DNA from: Candidatus Beckwithbacteria bacterium GW2011_GWC1_49_16
Lineage (GTDB): Bacteria > Patescibacteriota > Microgenomatia > UBA1400 > CG1-02-47-37
DNA length: 64,000 bases
Assembly: GCA_001029675.1 (NCBI GenBank)
Contig: CP011210.1
Coordinates: 948,891-1,012,890 of the forward strand
Direction: 5' to 3'
The notes under the pieces are model-generated. The model saw only the letters and a program-made list of their open reading frames with translations. It had not been told where the DNA came from and ran no database searches. The position numbers and the translations under genes were made by a program. Positions 1 through 8,068 of this stretch are shown one piece after another (positions within the stretch are counted from its first letter, which is position 1; every line of letters begins with the position of its first letter).

Positions 1-1309
1 GGAGGAAGCTTGATAAAGAAATGGCTAAAGCCAGGCCTAAAACCGACAGGTTTAAGGAGTAGACGAACCAAAAGCTTAGCGCCACGTTGGTTAAAACGGC
101 GATCGCTCCCAAAAAAAGCGGGGTTTTGGTGTTGGAGAGGGCGTAAAAGCCGCGGACCAGAATCTGGATGGCGGACTGGGCAAAGACAGAGATGGCAAAC
201 AGGGCCACGACCTGGCCGGTTAACAAAGTCGCCTGCCAGGGAAAGCCTTTGGCGCCGAAGGCGAGCCTTACTGCCGGAACCCTTAAGACTAACAAGATCA
301 TGCTGGCGGGCAAAGATAAATAGAGAACCTGATTTAAGGAAGAGACAAACAGGTCTTTGAATTTATCCAGCGATTTGCTGGTTTGCTGAGACAAGGTGGG
401 CAGGGCGGCTTGGCCGATGGTGGCGCCGAAAAGACCGACGGGTAAGGTGTTTAGGTGCTGGGCAAAGTAAAAGATAGCCAAAGACCCTGAAGCCAAAGAG
501 GTGGCGATAAAGACGGCGACGGTCAGTTCAATTTGGGTGATGGCTAAAGCCAGGGTGCGCGGCAGCATCAGACGGCCGATTCTTTTGACTGCCGGGTGGC
601 GGTAGTCGAAGTTGGGACGATAATAAAAACCAATTTGTTTAATTAAAGGAAGCTGGACTAACAGGTGGAGTAAGGCGCCGATGACCACGCCGATAGCCGG
701 GCCGTAGATGCCAAAAATGGGGCTTAAAACCAGGATGCCGAAGATGATGCCGAGGTTGTAGGCGATGGGAGAAAGCGCCGGAACGAGAAAGTGTTGGTAG
801 GACTGGAGCATGCCGGTGACAAAGTTTGACACCAAAAAGCTACCCTGGGCAATGATTAAAACTCGGGTAAGGTTAACCATTAAAACTAGCTCTCTGGCGG
901 TAAAGGTGGGGGCGATCAGGCGGCTTAAGGGTTCGGCAAACAGGGCCAAGAGCAAACCTAAAACCAAAAAAAGGCTAAAGCTTATGGTGATGACGGCCGA
1001 GGCGACGTGCCAAGCCTTCTTGGGATTTTTGACCAGGTACTGGGAAAAAACCGGAATAAAGGCGGCCGACAAAGCGCCGACGACCAAAAGCTGGAAGATC
1101 ATGTCGGGGAGCCTGAAGGCGGCAAAGTAGACGTCCAGTTGCCAGGCAAGGCCTTCACCAAAAAAAGTGCCGGCCAAAAAGCGGTCGCGCAGCAGTCCTA
1201 AGAGGCGGGAGAAAAAAACTGCCGCCATCAAGACCGAGGCGGCGGAAAGAATGCTGTTTTGTTTGCGGGAAAAAAACGAGTGAGAGTTTTTGAGGAAATT
1301 ATTTACCAT
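1..1309 (-). CDS. murJ: Lipid II flippase MurJ/MviN, partial; N-terminus at 1309 and the gene runs off the window start
   Basis: Reverse-complement translation from the ATG at 1307-1309 gives MVNNFLKNSHSFFSRKQNSILSAASVLMAAVFFSRLLGLLRDRFLAGTFF...DVYFAAFRLPDMIFQLLVVGALSAAFIPVFSQ, which matches MurJ N-terminal conserved blocks. It is absent from the ORF track because no stop falls inside the window. The plus-strand ORFs at 10-360, 810-1130 and 1007-1201 are antisense artefacts. Confidence 0.7.
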   Translation of the reverse strand, partial: MVNNFLKNSHSFFSRKQNSILSAASVLMAAVFFSRLLGLLRDRFLAGTFFGEGLAWQLDVYFAAFRLPDMIFQLLVVGALSAAFIPVFSQYLVKNPKKAWHVASAVITISFSLFLVLGLLLALFAEPLSRLIAPTFTARELVLMVNLTRVLIIAQGSFLVSNFVTGMLQSYQHFLVPALSPIAYNLGIIFGILVLSPIFGIYGPAIGVVIGALLHLLVQLPLIKQIGFYYRPNFDYRHPAVKRIGRLMLPRTLALAITQIELTVAVFIATSLASGSLAIFYFAQHLNTLPVGLFGATIGQAALPTLSQQTSKSLDKFKDLFVSSLNQVLYLSLPASMILLVLRVPAVRLAFGAKGFPWQATLLTGQVVALFAISVFAQSAIQILVRGFYALSNTKTPLFLGAIAVLTNVALSFWFVYSLNLSVLGLALAISLSSFL

Positions 1310-1374
1310 GATCAGTGCCCGAGTATAACATGGGGGTTGTCAGACAAACAACCAAAAGGTACAATGCGGGCATT

Positions 1375-1605
1375 ATGCCGATAATTAAGTCAGCCGAAAA
1401 AAAACTGCGATCGGACAAATCAAAAACCAGAGTCAACCAAGCCTACCGCTTAAAGTACCGGGAGGCAGTCAAAGTTGCCCGAGAAAAAAAGACTAAAAAA
1501 GCCATAACCGAGGCGTTTCGGACGCTAGACCGGGCGGCCAAAAGAAAAGTGATCCACAAAAACAAAGCTGACAGGCTAAAATCACGGTTGATGAAGCGGG
1601 CTTGA
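1375..1605 (+). CDS. rpsT: 30S ribosomal protein S20
   Basis: MPIIKSAEKKLRSDKSKTRVNQAYRLKYREAV...VIHKNKADRLKSRL is the typical S20 sequence (IKSAxKR...HKNxAxRxK). The ORF-track start at 1315 is probably an upstream extension. Confidence 0.8.
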   Translation: MPIIKSAEKKLRSDKSKTRVNQAYRLKYREAVKVAREKKTKKAITEAFRTLDRAAKRKVIHKNKADRLKSRLMKRA

Positions 1606-1625
1606 TACCTCTATACTGGTAGGAG

Positions 1626-2183
1626 ATGACCGCTGCCCGGAAGCTGACTGAGATTAACTTACTCCCCAAAGAGCGCTGGGAGACAGGAGTTTTAGGCAAA
1701 CTACTTAAATGGGCCTTGAATATCGGCCGCTACGTGGTGGTGTTTACGGAACTGGTTGTCATCGGCGCTTTCTTGTACCGGTTTGGGCTGGACCGACAGT
1801 TAACTGATCTTAAAGAGGAAATTGGCCAAAAACAGGCGTTGGTAGAAAGCTTTGGCGACTTTGAGGCTAAGTTTCGGGATTTGCAAGAAAAGTTAAAGAT
1901 AGTCAAAGAGATCGAAGGAGGGCAAGTTAAAGCAGACCAGGTGCTTGACGGGGTGAGCCAGATTACCCCCTTGGATACGGTTTATGACTCAATCTTGATT
2001 GACGAGGAGGGAGTAACCTTGGAAGGCCAGACTTTATCGGAGGTGGGGTTGGCGACACTACTTGCCAAAGCTCAAGGCAGCCAGCTATTTGAAGGCGTGG
2101 CACTAGAGAGTGTCAGTTCGGCGACAGACAACCAAGGGGCAATTGAGTTTAGATTGAAACTTAATTATGAAACTAACAACTAG
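1626..2183 (+). CDS. pilN: Type IV pilus assembly protein PilN-like
   Basis: N-terminal INLLPKE motif followed by a single TM helix and a coiled-coil region, the typical PilN architecture. Confidence 0.65.
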   Translation: MTAARKLTEINLLPKERWETGVLGKLLKWALNIGRYVVVFTELVVIGAFLYRFGLDRQLTDLKEEIGQKQALVESFGDFEAKFRDLQEKLKIVKEIEGGQVKADQVLDGVSQITPLDTVYDSILIDEEGVTLEGQTLSEVGLATLLAKAQGSQLFEGVALESVSSATDNQGAIEFRLKLNYETNN

Positions 2184-2796
2184 AGTCAACCGCGGCGGCT
2201 ACTCGGCTTACTGGCGCCGCTTAAGAACTTTATCCCAGGCGCCGTCGGCCAAGGTGTCTGGTTTAGTCAGTCTGACGATTTTTACGGTGGCGTTTTTTGG
2301 CTTGTTTGCCATTTTACCCACCTTCCGCACCATTGCCGAACTGACCCGGGAGATCGACGATGCCAAGGCAGTCAACAGCAGTTTAGCCAAAAAAATTAAG
2401 GCGCTGGAAAACGCCGAAGAAGTCTACTCCCAAGCCTTGCCGCGGCTAACGCTGATTGACGCGGTGGTGCCCGGCGGGCCGGAGTTTGACCGCTTGGCTT
2501 GGCAGATTCAATGGTTGGGGGCGGACAGCGGAGTGAACATTACCAGCGGCAGCTTCGGCGGTTTTCCTTTGCTTTCGACCAAAGAAAGCAGCGAGCTTAG
2601 CCAAATCGAGATGGAACTGACGGTGCAGGGCGACTACGGGGCGATTAAAAACTTTTTGGCGGATTTGACCAAGATCGACCGGCTGGTGGCAATAAATGAA
2701 GTTAATATTACCAGTAAGGGCAGCCAAGGAGTTCAGGTAGTAACGGCCAACATTCAGGCTTTGGCGTATTTTTTGCCGGGAGGAGAAAATGATTAG
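2167..2796 (+). CDS. pilO: Type IV pilus assembly protein PilO-like
   Basis: Immediately follows pilN with an ATGA overlap. Has an N-terminal TM segment, a coiled coil and a C-terminal globular domain; it occupies the PilO position. Confidence 0.55.
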   Translation: MKLTTRVNRGGYSAYWRRLRTLSQAPSAKVSGLVSLTIFTVAFFGLFAILPTFRTIAELTREIDDAKAVNSSLAKKIKALENAEEVYSQALPRLTLIDAVVPGGPEFDRLAWQIQWLGADSGVNITSGSFGGFPLLSTKESSELSQIEMELTVQGDYGAIKNFLADLTKIDRLVAINEVNITSKGSQGVQVVTANIQALAYFLPGGEND

Positions 2797-3130
2797 CGCT
2801 CTCTACGAAAAAAAGCTCAAGCGCGACATCTTTAGGCTGTCGCTGATGACCTTGATCACGGTGGTAATTTGGATCGGGGTAGCCACCTACAGAGCTTTTA
2901 CTAAAAGCCAAGTTGGCGGCAAGATAAAAAGCCAGATTATACCCTTGACGCCTACTCTTGATCTTGACACAATGGAACTTACAGATCAGAGGCTCAAAGT
3001 TGAACCGGTTAACTGGGACAGTCTGCAACCGGTATTTGAGGTGGTGCCGGAAACGGCTGAGCCGGAAGCCTCGCTAAGCGAGGAAGCCTCGCCGAGCGGG
3101 GAAGCCACCGCCAGCGGCTCTCAACTATGA
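2789..3130 (+). CDS. Small membrane-anchored protein, Ser/Glu/Ala-rich C-terminus (possible PilP-position protein)
   Basis: One N-terminal TM helix. Overlaps the pilO stop and the next gene start, i.e. operon-coupled. Confidence 0.35.
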   Translation: MISALYEKKLKRDIFRLSLMTLITVVIWIGVATYRAFTKSQVGGKIKSQIIPLTPTLDLDTMELTDQRLKVEPVNWDSLQPVFEVVPETAEPEASLSEEASPSGEATASGSQL

Positions 3131-4449
3131 AAAAATTTGGTTTAAGCAAAATTCACTTTCCTACTGCCCTAGGACTATTAATTTTATTGGTCGCCATTGG
3201 CGTGGGGGTGATGTTGGTAAGGAATCGCACCGGGGTGGACACGGAAGCGGAAGGGTCGCTGACACCCAGACAAGTGAGGATCACCAATGTGGCTGATACC
3301 AGTTTTAGCGTATCCTGGATTACCGATCAGGTGGCAAGCGGCCAGATCCGCTATGGCACCGAAGCCAATTCTTTGACTAAAACCGCGGCCGACGAAAGAG
3401 ACCAGCTATCGGGAGACACGGGCAGTTACGAGGTCCACCAAGTAACCTTGAAAAATCTGACGGCAACAACTGCCTATTACTTCAAGTTGGAGTCTGGCGG
3501 AAAACAGTTTGACAACAACGGCAAACCGTTTGAAGTGGCTACCGGGCCGACCCTGGGTGACCCGCCGGCGGCAGACCCGATTTACGGCACGGTTTTAACC
3601 TCGTCGGGGACGGCGGCAGAAGGAGTTTTGGTTTACATTAATGTCGCCAACGCCGGGCCGCTGTCGGCTTTGGCCAAGGCCAACGGCAACTGGGCTTTGA
3701 ATTTATCGACCGCCAGGACGGCAGATTTAGGCAGTTACTTGGCTTACGACACCCAAGCGACGATCGTCAATTTGTTGGCTCAGGGAGGAAAACTAGGGAC
3801 GGCGACGGCGGTGACCACCGCGGCCAACGACAGCCCGGTGCCGGACATTACTCTCGGCCAGTCTTATGACTTTAGGGCTGACGCTGCCAAAACCCAAGAC
3901 CAAACCGCCGAGCCGTTAACCGGCTTTGAACTGTCGCCGATTGCCACTGGCTCGGCCGCGGCGACTGCCTCGGGTGAAGTAACTTTAGAGAATCCCAGTT
4001 TTGACGGCGAAGTCTTAAACGCCACCCAGCCGGCGTTTATCGGCACCGGGCCGCCGGGAACGGTGTTGACGCTCCTGGTGGAGTCGGAAAATACCTATAC
4101 CGGATCGGCGACTGTCGATGCTAGCGGCGAGTGGGAATTTAGCCCCCCGGCGGGGCTGACCCCGGGCGGGCACACGGTGACGATTTCCTATATCGACGAT
4201 AATGGCGACGAGCAGACGCTCACCCGTAACTTTGTCATCGCCGCCGCCGGCGACAGCGACGAGCCGGCAATCACCGCTACCCCTTCGGGGCAAACGGCGT
4301 CGCCGTCACCCGCGGCCAGAACCGGACTGCCGGCAACGGACTCGGGAGTGCCGGAGCCGGGAACAGGAGAGATAACTTTATTAATGCTGATTATGGGTTT
4401 AGGCTTGCTGGCCGGAGGAGCGGTAGTCAAAAGGATAAATTCGCTGTAA
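3127..4449 (+). CDS. Cell-surface protein with an N-terminal signal-anchor, an FN3-like (purple-acid-phosphatase N-terminal type) domain and a C-terminal hydrophobic anchor
   Basis: PRQVRITNVADTSFSVSWITDQVASGQIRYG is an FN3-like motif. The C-terminus LPATDSGVPEPGTGEITLLMLIMGLGLLAGGAVVKRINSL has an LPxT(D/G)-like motif, a TM helix and a basic tail. Confidence 0.5.
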   Translation: MKKFGLSKIHFPTALGLLILLVAIGVGVMLVRNRTGVDTEAEGSLTPRQVRITNVADTSFSVSWITDQVASGQIRYGTEANSLTKTAADERDQLSGDTGSYEVHQVTLKNLTATTAYYFKLESGGKQFDNNGKPFEVATGPTLGDPPAADPIYGTVLTSSGTAAEGVLVYINVANAGPLSALAKANGNWALNLSTARTADLGSYLAYDTQATIVNLLAQGGKLGTATAVTTAANDSPVPDITLGQSYDFRADAAKTQDQTAEPLTGFELSPIATGSAAATASGEVTLENPSFDGEVLNATQPAFIGTGPPGTVLTLLVESENTYTGSATVDASGEWEFSPPAGLTPGGHTVTISYIDDNGDEQTLTRNFVIAAAGDSDEPAITATPSGQTASPSPAARTGLPATDSGVPEPGTGEITLLMLIMGLGLLAGGAVVKRINSL

Positions 4450-4458
4450 TATGAAAAT

Positions 4459-5910
4459 ATGGATGACAGCCTGCTGACGCCCTCAACACCCCCCGCCACT
4501 CCACCGACTCCGGAAGACGAGCAGAAAAAAATTGACGAGCTGGCCCAAAAACTCCCCAGCGACCTGGAAAAACCTCTGCCACCGCCCAAACCACCGGGTC
4601 CGCCGCCGCCGCCGCCCTTCACTCCACCAGTTGCTGGGCCCCCGCCGCCGCCCGACGATAAACCCCTCTCCGGCGACGCCAACGTCCCGCCGGAAGAACC
4701 GGAGATAAAAAGTCCGGGTAAATTTAACCAGGTCGGCAAAGCAGTCAAAAAACACGGCGTTAAAATCGCCGGCGGAGCTTTGGTGGTGACGCTTTTAATC
4801 GGCGGCGTCATCGTCGGGCAAAATTTGGTCCAGCAGAGACAGGTGGTGGAACAGCAGGCAAAATTAGGATGTGATTTCACTAATAACTGTTCAGGTTGTG
4901 AGGGTTGGGCGCCTGGAGACGGCGAATGTTGCCCTGTAGGACCGCCTGATGCTTGTGATGATCCTGGATCGTTAATATGTATTCCTGACCCATATGTTTC
5001 AGAGTGCGTGGAATATCCCTATGCAGATAAATGTGAGGGGGTAAAGGGCTTTACCGGTTATTATTGGAGGCCTGTTGAGTTTGAGATTGACCCCGAAACC
5101 GATCCTCGGTGTAAAGAAAGTCCGCCGCCGGGAGGTGAAGGAAAACACACTGAATGTCGTAATAATGCCTGCGAGATCGTTGACGGTTCGGGACCAATCG
5201 AGTGTACTAGCAACGCCGATTGTGCTCACCCCTCGCCTTCTCCCTCACCGTCGGCGAGTCCGTCTCCTTCTCCGTCATCTTCACCTTCGCCGCAACCGGA
5301 ATTGGCCTGTGTGGATTTGAGCACCTCACCGGAAGAAAACGCCATTAAGCTCGGGGACTCGGTGACTTTGACCTGTCAAGCCAGCTTCTCCTCGGTCAGC
5401 CCGGTAGCCCAATTCCGCTACCAGGTCGGGGGCGGAGCCTTTGTGGAGGATCCGACTAGCTTCCCGATTGACACCGGCACCGGCCAAGCCACTAAAAACA
5501 TCACCATCGATCAAACTGGCACCTGGTTGGCGCAGTGCCGAGTCTGTACCGATTCAACTGCCGCCAGTTGTACCGGCTGGGGCCAGGCGGATGGTATTGG
5601 CGGCCCTAGTTTGCCGCCCCCACCAGAACCGCCCGGGCCGCCCGTGCCAGAACAAGCCAGCTGCGACTTGAGTTTATCTGCCGGCAGCGTTTCCTGCGGC
5701 GGCGGGTCTTGTAGCGGAACACTGCGCTGGACCAACAATGTGGTAGTTAATATCATCCAGACCAACCGGGTAATCGCCGCCAGCCAACAACCGCCCAGTG
5801 GTTCCAAACAAATTTCCGCCAGGACGGCGGCGGATTTGGCAATCAGCTGCCAAACTACCAACGGACAAACGCTGGATACTTTAAGCCTGTCGGGGCAATT
5901 TAATCTTTAA
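4459..5910 (+). CDS. Pro-rich / Cys-rich membrane-anchored surface protein
   Basis: N-terminal poly-Pro tract (PPPKPPGPPPPPPFTPPVAGPPPPP), a TM helix, multiple CxxC-rich modules and an (SP)n linker (PSPSPSPSASPSPSPSSSPSP). Confidence 0.5.
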   Translation: MDDSLLTPSTPPATPPTPEDEQKKIDELAQKLPSDLEKPLPPPKPPGPPPPPPFTPPVAGPPPPPDDKPLSGDANVPPEEPEIKSPGKFNQVGKAVKKHGVKIAGGALVVTLLIGGVIVGQNLVQQRQVVEQQAKLGCDFTNNCSGCEGWAPGDGECCPVGPPDACDDPGSLICIPDPYVSECVEYPYADKCEGVKGFTGYYWRPVEFEIDPETDPRCKESPPPGGEGKHTECRNNACEIVDGSGPIECTSNADCAHPSPSPSPSASPSPSPSSSPSPQPELACVDLSTSPEENAIKLGDSVTLTCQASFSSVSPVAQFRYQVGGGAFVEDPTSFPIDTGTGQATKNITIDQTGTWLAQCRVCTDSTAASCTGWGQADGIGGPSLPPPPEPPGPPVPEQASCDLSLSAGSVSCGGGSCSGTLRWTNNVVVNIIQTNRVIAASQQPPSGSKQISARTAADLAISCQTTNGQTLDTLSLSGQFNL

Positions 5911-5919
5911 CTATAAACT

Positions 5920-6828
5920 ATGCCGGAACAACCAATACCAACACCAACGAGCCAACCCCCCGCCGCTAAACCTGCCTCGCCGGCAGGCGGGGCTTCGGCG
6001 GGTAAAGGGGAAAAGAAATGGCTGTTGTGGGGCCTGATTGGCTTTACGGTCATCTTACTTATCACCGCGGTGGTGTTGTTTTTACAGCTAAGAAAACCGG
6101 CGGAAGAACCGGCACCCAGAGTCAGGCCGACGCCGACTCCGGCGATACCGCCGGTTCAGGAAGTAACCGGAGCTGGCGTCTGCGAAACCACCTTCACCGT
6201 CACCGGGCCGACTTGTACCGGAGTGACGATTGATCCAACGGGTACCAGCGTTTCGGCCGGAGATGACCGGGAACTGACGGCAGAGGTAACCGGCGGGTCG
6301 GGGACGTACACCCATGAGTGGACGATTACCAGCGACGGGGCTGATGAGGGAGATTTAAGCTCAACTACCGCCAACCCGACGACCTGGACGGCGCCTGGCA
6401 GCTTAGATGAGTCTCAATCGTGGACGATTACCGATACTATTACCGATGCCGTAGGAGAAGATATTACTACCAGCTGCAGTGTAATTCTAAACTTTACCGG
6501 TTTGGTCGCCTGTTTTGATACCTGTGATACCGACCTAGACTGCGAAGAGGGCCTAAGTTGTACTGATGTGGCCGGTACTTTCCGCTGTGTCGATGCCAAT
6601 TGTCCCGAAGACGTTGATTGTAGTTGTGCCGACGCTTCGCCGTCGCCTTCACCGTCGGTGTCGCCGTCGCCAGGGGTATCTCCCTCGCCTACTCCGCCAG
6701 GCATAACCCAAGCGTCACCGTCGCCGAGAGTGGCTCAACCCGAGCTGCCCGAAGCCGGCTTCTCGGCGCCCTTGGTCATCGGCGTCGCCGGAGGAATTCT
6801 GTTGGTGATACTCGGTCTGTTGTTCTAA
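5920..6828 (+). CDS. Cys-rich surface protein with N-terminal TM anchor, (SP)n linker and C-terminal LPEAG plus hydrophobic tail
   Basis: TM at residues ~35-55; the CxDxDLDCEEGLSCTD module is paralogous to the previous gene; the C-terminus is ELPEAGFSAPLVIGVAGGILLVILGLLF. Confidence 0.5.
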   Translation: MPEQPIPTPTSQPPAAKPASPAGGASAGKGEKKWLLWGLIGFTVILLITAVVLFLQLRKPAEEPAPRVRPTPTPAIPPVQEVTGAGVCETTFTVTGPTCTGVTIDPTGTSVSAGDDRELTAEVTGGSGTYTHEWTITSDGADEGDLSSTTANPTTWTAPGSLDESQSWTITDTITDAVGEDITTSCSVILNFTGLVACFDTCDTDLDCEEGLSCTDVAGTFRCVDANCPEDVDCSCADASPSPSPSVSPSPGVSPSPTPPGITQASPSPRVAQPELPEAGFSAPLVIGVAGGILLVILGLLF

Positions 6829-6829
6829 A

Positions 6830-8068
6830 TTACTTCCAGGTCGGCAGCCAAAACCAATACTTAACCAAGTTTTTGGGGAGATGGACGGCGGTGTTAATTG
6901 GATAGAAGAAAAGAAAAAGAGCTACGACGATAGTCGTGTAGTAGATGATTAGTAGGCGACCTCGCTGGGGCGAGGTTTTTTGAAAGTCAATTAGCGCCCA
7001 GGCAATAATGATGGTAAGTAAGGATAGGGCCGGTAGGTAGTGGTGTAAGAAAAGAATTCTGGGGGAGAAAGACCAAGGCAACCAAAGAAGAAAATAACTG
7101 ACAAGAAGGTAGATCGTTGATCGTTGATGGCGGTAGAGGGCGTAGATCACGGCCACCAGTCCGCCCCAGAAAACGGCCGGGTTGCCCAGGTTATAAATGT
7201 TGGCGATGGTGTCTTTAGCATAGTCGACGTAAAACCAAACGGGACGAGCCAAAAGCGGCCACGTAAGGGCGGCGGTTTGGTAGTCGTGGGTGGCGGAAAG
7301 ACCGGTTTGGTACCAATAGATTTGCTGGTGGAGGTGGTAAAAGTCGATTAAGCTGTGGCCTTGAGCGAAAAACTGAAGGTAGGAAAGAAAGTAAATGACC
7401 ACAGGAATAATCAGTAAACTGTAAACCGTAATCAGTAACTTTTTAGGATTGGTAATTAAAACTTTTAGTTGGGGTAAAAGAAAAACGGCAAAGATGGGGT
7501 AGATGGCTAGGGCGGAGTGCTTGGTGGCAAGAGCCAAGCCGGTAAAGATGCCGGTGAGATAAAGATGTTTTAAGGTCCGACCTTTAAGAGCACGGTAAAA
7601 AAAGGTCAGCGCCAAAAGCATAAAGGTGGTGACGAAGATGTCGTTCATGGTGATTCTGGACATGGTGAGAGCGAGGCCGTCAAGCGAAAAAAAGGCGGCG
7701 GCCAAAAGCGACAGTTTAGGGTTTTTAAACAGGGCCTGGGCGAGAGTAAAAACCGCCGCCACGGCCAGGGTGCCGAAAAGGGCGCTGGGAAACCGCCAGG
7801 CAAAACTGTTATCGCCCAAAAGCTTGACCGAACCTGCCTGGATCAGTTTGGCCAGCGGCGGGTGAAGCCAATCATAAGCCGTCCCCTTTTCGGGGGGCTC
7901 GTGCCACCATTCGTAGCCGGCCGGATTATTTTCAGCGTGAGCCCGGACGGTGACGACATGATAGACTTCGTCAAAAACGTAGGCCGGCGGGATGCCAAGG
8001 CGGAAGACACGGACAACTAGGGTGAAAGTAAGTATTGCCCAAAATGCCTTGGTGTAAAATGACTTCAT
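6830..8068 (-). CDS. GT-C fold glycosyltransferase, PMT/ArnT-like (GT39/GT83 family)
   Basis: Polytopic membrane protein with a DE motif in the first periplasmic loop (YVFDEVYH). The start is probably the internal Met MKSFYTKAFW, which shares a CATG with the divergent gene at 8067. Confidence 0.6.
   Translation of the reverse strand: MKSFYTKAFWAILTFTLVVRVFRLGIPPAYVFDEVYHVVTVRAHAENNPAGYEWWHEPPEKGTAYDWLHPPLAKLIQAGSVKLLGDNSFAWRFPSALFGTLAVAAVFTLAQALFKNPKLSLLAAAFFSLDGLALTMSRITMNDIFVTTFMLLALTFFYRALKGRTLKHLYLTGIFTGLALATKHSALAIYPIFAVFLLPQLKVLITNPKKLLITVYSLLIIPVVIYFLSYLQFFAQGHSLIDFYHLHQQIYWYQTGLSATHDYQTAALTWPLLARPVWFYVDYAKDTIANIYNLGNPAVFWGGLVAVIYALYRHQRSTIYLLVSYFLLWLPWSFSPRILFLHHYLPALSLLTIIIAWALIDFQKTSPQRGRLLIIYYTTIVVALFLFFYPINTAVHLPKNLVKYWFWLPTWK
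7572..7584. repeat. Solo 13-mer AAGGTCCGACCTT inside the PMT-like glycosyltransferase coding sequence
   Basis: Exact 13/13 match to the repeat terminus, embedded as ...LKGRTLK... in the minus-strand protein. Confidence 0.7.

Noticed and set aside
10-1201. Plus-strand ORFs 10-360, 810-1130 and 1007-1201
   Set aside because: They are Arg/Lys-rich antisense translations of the murJ coding region, and the minus strand gives a clean MurJ N-terminus.
3127-3240. Possible type IV prepilin (hydrophobic N-terminus after MKKFGLSKIHFP)
   Set aside because: It lacks the G/FTLIE class-III signal-peptide motif (no Glu at +5) and the protein is 440 aa with an FN3 domain, so it is a signal-anchor rather than a pilin.
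4188-4880. 230-aa Gly-rich minus-strand ORF
   Set aside because: It is the antisense of the poly-Pro (CCN)n coding tract of the surface protein at 4459-5910; it has low complexity and no start context.
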